From the human T2T-CHM13v2.0 reference genome, Homo sapiens, in contig CP086569.2 of the NCBI GenBank assembly GCA_009914755.4, positions 53,888,001 to 53,952,000 on the forward strand: a stretch of DNA of 64,000 bases, written 5' to 3'. Each line of letters starts with the position of its first letter. The stretch's first letter is position 1. The position numbers and the translations under genes were made by a program. The notes beneath the pieces were generated by a model, which saw only the letters and a program-made list of their open reading frames with translations, did no database searches and was not told the DNA's origin. This document shows, in pieces, positions 55,475-64,000 of the stretch.

Positions 55475-58400
55475 ATGCAATCCAATAGAATGGAATCGAA
55501 TGGCATGGAATATAAAGAAATGGAATCGAAGAGAATGGAAACAAATGGAATGGAATTGAATGGAATGGGAACGAATGGAGTGAAATTGTATGCAGTAGAA
55601 GGGAATAGAATGGAATGCAAGCGAAAGGAAAGGAATGGATTGGAATGGAATGGAATTCATTGGAATGGAAGGGAATGTAGTGTAATGGACAGGCCTGGAA
55701 TAAAGTGGAATGCTACGGTCTCGAATGGAATAAAAATGTATGGAATGGAATGCAATGAAACGGAATCGAATGTCATAGAATGTAATGGAATGCAAAAAAA
55801 TGGAATCCAAAATCATTGACTGGAAAGGCTGGGTGTCGAAAGGAATTGACTCCAATGGTATGGAATCGAATGGAATGGAAGTGAATAGAATCGAACTAAA
55901 TCGAATGGAATGGAATTGATAGGAACGGAATGGAAAGGAATGCAATGAATTGGCATGGAATGGAATCGAATGGCATCGAATGGAATGGAATGGAATGCAA
56001 TGGAATGGAATGTATTAGAATGTAATGAACTTCAATGGAATGTACTCGAATGGATTCGACTGGAATGGAATGTTCTGGAAGTGAATGGATTCCAATGGAA
56101 TGGATTCAAAAGGAATGGAATCGTACGGAATGGAATCTAATGGAATGGAATTAAATGGAAATGAATCAAATTGAATAGCACGGAATTGAATTGAATGGAA
56201 TGGAATGCAATGGAATCTAATGAAACGGAAAGGAAAGGAATGGAATGGAATGGAATGGGCTGGAATGGAAAGGAATCGAATCGAATGGAATGGAATCGAA
56301 CTGAAGAGACTGGAATGGAATGCACTGGAATGGAAGGGAGTGTAATGGAAGGTTGTCGAAAAAAATGGAATCGAATGGAATGGAATTGAATGGAACGGAA
56401 TAGAGTCGAATGGAATTGAATGGAATGGAATGGACTAGAGTGAAATGGAATCGAACCACAAGGAATGGACAGGAATAGAATGGTCTCGAATTGAATGGAA
56501 TCGTATGGAATGGCATCAAACGGAATGGAATGGACAGCCACGGAATGGAATGCACTCGAATGCAATGGAGTCGAAACGTCGAAACTAATGGACTGGAATA
56601 GAATGGACTCGACTGGTACGGACTCCAATGGAATGGAATCGAATGGAAGGGAATCGAACGGAATGGACTCGAAGGGAAAAGACTGCAATGGAAAGGTCTC
56701 GAATGGAATGGAAATTAATGGAATGGAATGGAATCGAATGAAATGGAGTCAAAAGGAATGGAATCGAATGGCAAGAAATCGAATGTAATGGAATCGCAAG
56801 GAATTGATGTGAACGGAACGGAATGGAATGGAATCCAAAGGAATGGAATAGAATGGAATGGAATCGAATGGAAAGGACTCGAATGGAAATCACTCGAATA
56901 GAATGCAATTTAATAAAATAGGAACAAATGTAATGGAATGGAATGGAAAGGAATCGAAACGAAAGGAATGGAGACAGATGGAATGGAATGGAACAGAGTG
57001 CAATGGTATAGAATGGAATGGAATCATCTGGAATGGAATAATATGAAATGGAATGGAATGGAATGGAATGGAATGGAATGGAATGCCCTTGAATTAAATG
57101 GACTGGAATGGAATGGACTCGAACAGAGTGGAATGGAAAGTGTTGAGATAGAATGCAATGGACTCCTTCGGAATGGTCTAGTATGCAATGCAATCGACTG
57201 GCAGGGAATCAAAAGGAATGTAATCGAATGGATTGGACTGGAATGCAGTGGACTCGAATAGATTGGAAACGGAATGCAAAGGAATGGAATGGAATAGTAT
57301 GGAATGGAATGGAAAGGAATGGAGTGGAATAGACTAGAGTGGAATGGAATGGACTGGAAAGCAATGGACTGGAATGGAACTTTCTTGAATGGACTGGAAT
57401 CAAACGGAATGGAATGCAATGCAATCAAATGGCATGGAATAAAATAGAATGAAAGAGAATCAAATGGAATTGAATCGAATGGAATCGAATGGATTGGAAA
57501 GGAATAGAATGGAATGGAATGGAATTGACTCAAATGGAATGGACTAGAATGGAATGGATTCGAATGGAAGGCAAAGGAATGGAATCTATTGGAATGGACT
57601 GTAATGGAATGGAATGGAAGGGATTGGAATGGACTCGAATGGAATGGACTGCAATAGAAAGGATTCGAATGGAATGAAAAAGAATTGAATGGAATAGAAC
57701 AGAATGGAATCAAATCGAATGAAATGGAATGGAATAGAAAGGAATGGAATGAAATGGAATGGAAAGGATTCGAATGGAATGCAATCGAATGGAATGGAAT
57801 CGAACGGAATGGAATAAAATGGAAGAAAACTGGCAAGAAATGGAATCGAAATGAATGGAGTGTTATGGAACGGACTCAAAAGGAATTGAATGTAATAGAA
57901 TGGAGTGGAGTGGACTCGAATATAATGGACTGGAATGGAATGAAATCACATGGAATGGGAACGAATGGAATGGAATGGAAAGGAATGGAATCGAATGGAA
58001 AGGAATCGAATGGAAGGGAATGAAATTGAATCAACAGGAATGGAAGGGAATAGAATACACGGTAATGGAATGGACTCGAATAGAATGGACACGAATGCTC
58101 AAATTGAATGGACTCGAATGGAATGGAAACGAAAGGAATGTCATCGAATGGAATTGAATCAATTGGAATGAAATCGCATAGAATGGAGTGGAATCAAATG
58201 GAATTGAATCGAAAGGAAAGGAAGCGAATGGACTGAAATGAAATGGAATGGAATTGAATGGAAAGTAATGCAATGGAATAGAATGGAACGAAATTTCACG
58301 GAATGGAATCAAACTGAATGGAATCAAATCAATGGAATCAAATCAAATGGAATGGAAAGGAATTGAATGGAGTAGATGGGATTGGATGGGATTGGAATGA

Positions 58401-59036
58401 AATGTACTGGAAACGACTCGAATTTCATGAAACGGAATGGAATGAATTGGAACGGAATGGACTCGAATGGAATGGAATGTCATGGAATGGCATCAAATGG
58501 AATGGCATCAAATGGAATGGAATCGAATGCAATGGAATGCTATGGAATGGAATGAAATGCATTGGAATGGAATGTCCTCTAATGGAATGGATTCGAGTGG
58601 AATGGAATCGAATATAATGGAGTCGAATGAAATGGAATTGAAAGGAGTGGGATCGAATACAATGGAATATACTGGAATGTAATGTAATGAACTCGAATGT
58701 AATTGACTGGAATGGAATGTACATGAATGGAATGTAATCGAATGGAAAGTAATCCAATGGAATAGAATCTAATGCAATAAAACCGACTCAGATAGAGTAG
58801 AATGTAATGGAATGGAGTGCAGTGCAATGGAATGGAATGGAATGGAATGCAATGGAATGGAATGGAATGGAATGGAATGGAATGGAATGGAATGGAATGG
58901 AATGGGATGGAATGGGATGGAATGGATAGTAATGGACTGGAGTGAAATGGACTGGAAAGGAATGGACTCAAATTGAAAGGGCTCGAAAGGAATGGAGTCA
59001 AATGGAATGGTCTGGAATGGAATGAACACGAATGTA
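55475..59036 (+). repeat. HOR unit U16 (3562 bp); subtype C with the same 8-bp duplication, ggttGtcg, and a 15-bp deletion
   Basis: Anchor at 55475. gtcgaaacgtcgaaac at 56570-56585. The pseudo-ORF at 55430 is 129 aa rather than 134 (MELNGMELNGMGTNG becomes MELNGMGTNG). Confidence 0.85.
56570..56585 (+). repeat. Same 8-bp tandem duplication gtcgaaac/gtcgaaac (U16)
   Basis: Read directly. Shared only with U15. Confidence 0.9.
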
Positions 59037-62000
59037 ATGCAATCCAATAGAATGGAATCGAATGGCATGGAATATAAAGAAATGGAATCGAAGAGAATGG
59101 AAACAAATGGAATGGAATTGAATGGAATGGGAACGAATGGAGTGAAATTGTATGCAGTAGAAGGGAATAGAATGGAATGCAAGCGAAAGGAAAGGAATGG
59201 ATTGGAATGGAATGGAATTCATTGGAATGGAAGGGAATGTAGTGTAATGGACAGGCCTGGAATAAAGTGGAATGCTACGGTCTCGAATGGAATAAAAATG
59301 TATGGAATGGAATGCAATGAAACGGAATCGAATGTCATAGAATGTAATGGAATGCAAAAAAATGGAATCCAAAATCATTGACTGGAAAGGCTGGGTGTCG
59401 AAAGGAATTGACTCCAATGGAATGGAATCGAATGGAATGGAAGTGAATAGAATCGAACTAAATCGAATGGAACGGAATTGATAGGAACGGAATTTAAAGG
59501 AATGCAATGATTTGGCATGGAATGGAATCGAATGGCATCGAATGGAATGGAATGGAATGCAATGGAATGGAATGTATTAGAATGTAATGAACTTTAATGG
59601 AATGTACTCGAATGGATTCGACTGGAATGGAATGTTCTGGAAGTGAATGGACTCCAATGGAATGGATTCAAAAGGAATGGAATCGTACGGAATGGAATCT
59701 AATGGAATGGAATTAAATGGAAATGAATCAAATTGAATAGCACGGAATTGAATTGAATGGAATGGAATGCAATGGAATCTAATGAAACGGAAAGGAAAGG
59801 AATGGAATGGAATGGAATGGGCTGGAATGGAAAGGAATCGAAACGAATGGAATGGAATCGAACTGAAGAGACTGGAATGGAATGCACTGGAATGGAAGGG
59901 AGTGTAATGGAAGGTTGTCGAAAAAAATGGAATCGAATGGAATGGAATTGAATGGAACGGAATAGAGTCGAATGGAATTGAATGGAATGGAATGGACTAG
60001 AGTGAAATGGAATCGAACCACAAGGAATGGACAGGAATAGAATGGTCTCGAATTGAATGGAATCGTATGGAATGGCATCAAACGGAATGGAATGGACAGC
60101 CACGGAATGGAATGCACTCGAATGCAATGGAGTCGAAACTAATGGACTGGAATAGAATGGACTCGACTGGTACGGACTCCAATGGAATGGAATCGAATGG
60201 AAGGGAATCGAACGGAATGGACTCGAAGGGAAAAGACTGCAATGGAAAGGTCTCGAATGGAATGGAAATTAATGGAATGGAATGGAATCGAATGAAATGG
60301 AGTCAAAAGGAATGGAATCGAATGGCAAGAAATCGAATGTAATGGAATCGCAAGGAATTGATGTGAACGGAACGGAATGGAATGGAATCCAAAGGAATGG
60401 AATAGAATGGAATGGAATCGAATGGAAAGGACTCGAATGGAAATCACTCGAATAGAATGCAATTTAATAAAATAGGATCAAATGTAATGGAATGTAATGG
60501 AAAGGAATCGAAACGAAAGGAATGGAGACAGATGGAATGGAATGGAACAGAGAGCAATGGTATAGAATGGAATGGAATCATCTGGAATGGAATTGAATGG
60601 AATGGAATAATATGAAATGGAATGGAATGGAATGGAATGGAATGCCCTTGAATTAAATGGACTGGAATGGAATGGACTCGAACAGAGTGGAATGGAAAGT
60701 GTTGAGATAGAATGGAATGGACTCCTTTGGAATGGTGTAGTATGCAATGCAATCGACTGGCAGGGAATCAAAAGGAATGTAATGGAATGGATTGGACTGG
60801 AATGCAATGGACTGGAATAGATTGGAAACGGAATGCAAAGGAATGGAATGGAATAGTATGGAATGGAATGGAAAGGAATGGAGTGGAATAGACTAGAGTG
60901 GAATGGAATGGACTGGAAAGCAATGGACTGGAATGGAACTTTCTTGAATGGACTGGAATCAAACGGAATGGAATGCAATGCAATCAAATGGCATGGAATA
61001 AAATAGAATGAAAGAGAATCAAATGGAATTGAATCGAATGGAATCGAATGGATTGGAAAGGAATAGAATGGAATGGAATGGAATTGACTCAAATGGAATG
61101 GACTAGAATGGAATGGATTCGAATGGAAGGCAAAGGAATGGAATCTATTGGAATGGACTGTAATGGAATGTAATGGAAGGGATTGGAATGGACTCGAATG
61201 GAATGGACTGCAATAGAAAGGATTCGAATGGAATGAAAAAGAATTGAATGGAATAGAACAGAATGGAATCAAATCGAATGAAATGGAATGGAATAGAAAG
61301 GAATGGAATGAAATGGAATGGAAAGGATTCGAATGGAATGCAATCGAATGGAATGGAATCGAACGGAATGGAATAAAATGGAAGAAAACTGGCAAGAAAT
61401 GGAATCGAAATGAATGGAGTGTTATGGAACGGACTCAAAAGGAATTGAATGTAATAGAATGGAGTGGAGTGGACTCGAATATAATGGACTGGAATGGAAT
61501 GAAATCACATGGAATGGGAACGAATGGAATGGAATGGAAAGGAATGGAATCGAATGGAAAGGAATCGAATGGAAGGGAATGAAATTGAATCAACAGGAAT
61601 GGAAGGGAATAGAATAGACGGTAATGGAATGGACTCGAATAGAATGGACACGAATGCTGAAATTGAATGGACTCGAATGGAATGGAAACGAAAGGAATGT
61701 CATCGAATGGAATTGAATCGATTGGAATGAAATCGCATAGAATGGAGTGGAATCAAATGGAATTGAATCGAAAGGAAAGGAAGCGAATGGACTGAAATGA
61801 AATGGAATGGAATTGAATGGAAAGTAATGCAATGGAATAGAATGGAATGAAATTTCACGGAATGGAATCAAACTGAATGGAATCAAATCAATGGAATCAA
61901 ATCAAATGGAATGGAAAGGAATTGAATGGAGAAGATTGGATTCGATGGGATTGGAATGAAATGTACTGGAAAGGACTCGAATTTCATGAAACGGAATGGA

Positions 62001-62610
62001 ATGAATTGGAACGGAATGGACTCGAATGGAATGGAATGTCATGGAATGGCATCAAATGGAATGGCATCAAATGGAATGGAATCGAATGCAATGGAATGCT
62101 ATGGAATGGAATGGAATGCATTGGAATGGAATGTCCTCTAATGGAATGGATTCGAGTGGAATGGAATCGAATATAATGGAGTCGAATGAAATGGAATTGA
62201 AAGGAGTGGGATCGAATACAATGGAATATACTGGAATGTAATGTAATGAACTCGAATGTAATTGACTGGAATGGAATGTACATGAATGGAATGTAATCGA
62301 ATGGAAAGTAATCCAATGGAATAGAATCTAATGCAATAAAACCGACTCAGATAGAGTAGAATGTAATGGAATGGAGTGCAGTGCAATGGAATGGAATGGA
62401 ATGGAATGGAATGCAATGGAATGGAATGGAATGGAATGGAATGGAATGGAATGGAATGGAATTGAATGGAATGGAATGGGATGGAATGGGATGGAATGGA
62501 TAGTAATGGACTGGAGTGAAATGGACTGGAAAGGAATGGACTCAAATTGAAAGGGCTCGAAAGGAATGGAGTCAAATGGAATGGTCTGGAATGGAATGAA
62601 CACGAATGTA
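59037..62610 (+). repeat. HOR unit U17 (3574 bp); subtype C with ggttGtcg and the 15-bp deletion but without the 8-bp duplication
   Basis: Anchor at 59037. The pseudo-ORF at 58992 is 129 aa. ggttgtcg at about 59917. gagtcgaaactaatgg is intact at about 60121. Confidence 0.85.
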
Positions 62611-64000
62611 ATGCAATCCAATAGAATGGAATCGAATGGCATGGAATATAAAGAAATGGAATCGAAGAGAATGGAAACAAATGGAATGGAATTGAATGGA
62701 ATGGAATTGAATGGAATGGGAACGAATGGAGTGAAATTGTATGCAGTAGAAGGGAATAGAATGGAATGCAAGCGAAAGGAAAGGAATGGATTGGAATGGA
62801 ATGGAATTCATTGGAATGGAAGGGAATGTAGTGTAATGGACAGGCCTGGAATAAAGTGGAATGCTACGGTCTCGAATGGAATAAAAATGTATGGAATGGA
62901 ATGCAATGAAACGGAATCGAATGTCATAGAATGTAATGGAATGCAAAAAAATGGAATCCAAAATCATTGACTGGAAAGGCTGGGTGTCGAAAGGAATTGA
63001 CTCCAATGGAATGGAATCGAATGGAATGGAAGTGAATAGAATCGAACTAAATCGAATGGAATGGAATTGATAGGAACGGAATGGAAAGGAATGCAATGAT
63101 TTGGCATGGAATGGAATCGAATGGCATCGAATGGAATGGAATGGAATGCAATGGAATGGAATGTATTAGAATGTAATGAACTTTAATGGAATGTACTCGA
63201 ATGGATTCGACTGGAATGGAATGTTCTGGAAGTGAATGGACTCCAATGGAATGGATTCAAAAGGAATGGAATCGTACGGAATGGAATATAATGGAATGGA
63301 ATTAAATGGAAATGAATCAAATTGAATAGCACGGAATTGAATTGAATGGAATGGAATGCAATGGAATCTAATGAAACGGAAAGGAAAGGAATGGAATGGA
63401 ATGGAATGGGCTGGAATGGAAAGGAATCGAAACGAATGGAATGGAATCGAACTGAAGAGACTGGAATGGAATGCACTGGAATGGAAGGGAGTGTAACGGA
63501 AGGTTCTCGAAAAAAATGGAATCGAATGGAATGGAATTGAATGGAACGGAATAGAGTCGAATGGAATTGAATGGAATGGAATGGACTAGAGTGAAATGGA
63601 ATCGAACCACAAGGAATGGACAGGAATAGAATGGTCTCGAATTGAATGGAATCGTATGGAATGGCATCAAACGGAATGGAATGGACAGCCACGGAATGGA
63701 ATGCACTCGAATGCAATGGAGTCGAAACTAATGGACTGGAATAGAATGGACTCGACTGGTACGGACTCCAATGGAATGGAATCGAATGGAAGGGAATCGA
63801 ACGGAATGGACTCGAAGGGAAAAGACTGCAATGGAAAGGTCTCGAATGGAATGGAAATTAATGGAATGGAATGGAATCGAATGAAATGGAGTCAAAAGGA
63901 ATGGAATCGAATGGCAAGAAATCGAATGTAATGGAATCGCAAGGAATTGATGTGAACGGAACGGAATGGAATGGAATCCAAAGGAATGGAATAGAATGGA
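62611..64000 (+). repeat. HOR unit U18 (partial, first ~1390 bp); subtype C
   Basis: Anchor at 62611. The window ends inside the unit. Confidence 0.8.

Larger units (their letters stand above)
1..64000 (+). repeat. Pentameric (GGAAT)n/(ATTCC)n satellite array (human satellite III-type) in tandem ~3.55-kb higher-order repeats; consistent with the DYZ1 family (human Yq12)
   Basis: Seen directly: GGAAT and one-substitution derivatives tile the + strand over the whole window. A ~3.55-kb periodicity shows as near-identical recurring pseudo-ORFs, e.g. the 134-aa MESNGMVWNGMNTNVMQSNRMESNGMEYKEMESKRME... at 3499, 7048, 10597, 14136, 17704, 21267, 24826 and onward. No non-satellite sequence interrupts it. 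The family assignment is from established knowledge (DYZ1 = ~3.56-kb HaeIII repeat built of GGAAT pentamers), not a search. Confidence 0.93.

Noticed and set aside
1-64000. Hundreds of 60-418-aa ORFs on both strands in the supplied track (e.g. 53013..54269 at 418 aa, 25988..27214 at 408 aa, 38915..39976 at 353 aa)
   Set aside because: All are frame translations of the pentamer: GGAAT repeated reads MEWNG/NGMES on the + strand and HSIPF/PFHS on the minus strand. They have extreme low-complexity composition. ORF lengths change only where point mutations create or remove stops. The 353-aa ORF simply reads through the U11 duplication junction. No start/RBS context, no domain-like sequence, identical periodic recurrence. 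Not CDS.
1-64000. A hidden novel defence or operon-like system (the prompt's suggestion)
   Set aside because: There is no non-repetitive sequence at all in the window. Every base belongs to the 3.55-kb satellite HOR. A prokaryotic-style gene system is most likely absent.
1-64000. CRISPR array
   Set aside because: The repeats are 5 bp or 3.55 kb, directly abutting, with no unique spacers of 25-40 bp and no leader or cas genes.
1-64000. Alpha satellite (171 bp) or HSat2
   Set aside because: No 171-bp periodicity and no CENP-B box-like motif. The sequence is dominated by clean GGAAT pentamers rather than the more degenerate 23/26-bp HSat2 units. The HOR length fits HSat3/DYZ1.
1-64000. Transposable-element insertions (Alu, L1, SVA) or a segmental-duplication boundary inside the array
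   Set aside because: I scanned for poly-A tails, non-GGAAT stretches and target-site duplications and found none. The longest departures from the pentamer are about 40 bp and recur in every unit (e.g. ggacaggcctggaataaagtggaatgctacggtctcg), so they are part of the HOR.

Overview
The whole 64-kb window is one uninterrupted block of eukaryotic pentameric satellite DNA. I see no genes, operons, RNA genes, CRISPR arrays or mobile elements in it. The + strand reads (GGAAT)n and diverged derivatives such as GGAAT, GCAAT, GGAGT, GGACT and CGAAT; the minus strand is (ATTCC)n. The + strand is therefore about 75-80% purine and AT-rich.

The pentamers are organized into a higher-order repeat (HOR) of about 3.55 kb that recurs head-to-tail. 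I count 17 complete units plus a partial 18th. Unit lengths are 3494-3587 bp, except for two rearranged units of 3900 bp and 5368 bp. Unit-to-unit identity is very high: the six-frame pseudo-ORFs recur almost letter-for-letter every ~3.55 kb. This architecture (pentamer GGAAT, ~3.56-kb HOR, one GGCC/HaeIII site per unit) is what is described for human satellite III, specifically the DYZ1 family of Yq12. I make that assignment from memory of the family, not from a database search.

Every ORF in the supplied track is a frame-translation of the pentamer: MEWNG/ESNG-type on the + strand and HSIPF/PFHS-type on the minus strand. None should be annotated as CDS.

The window most likely does not contain a novel prokaryotic-style system. 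The interesting signal is the internal record of satellite evolution:
- two unequal-crossover-like partial duplications inside single HOR units, with junctions inside GGAAT runs;
- runs of adjacent units that are pairwise identical or share private indels (local homogenization);
- a mosaic of three or more HOR subtypes;
- copy-number slippage of the pure (GGAAT)n tract;
- a unit subset carrying a second GGCC site.
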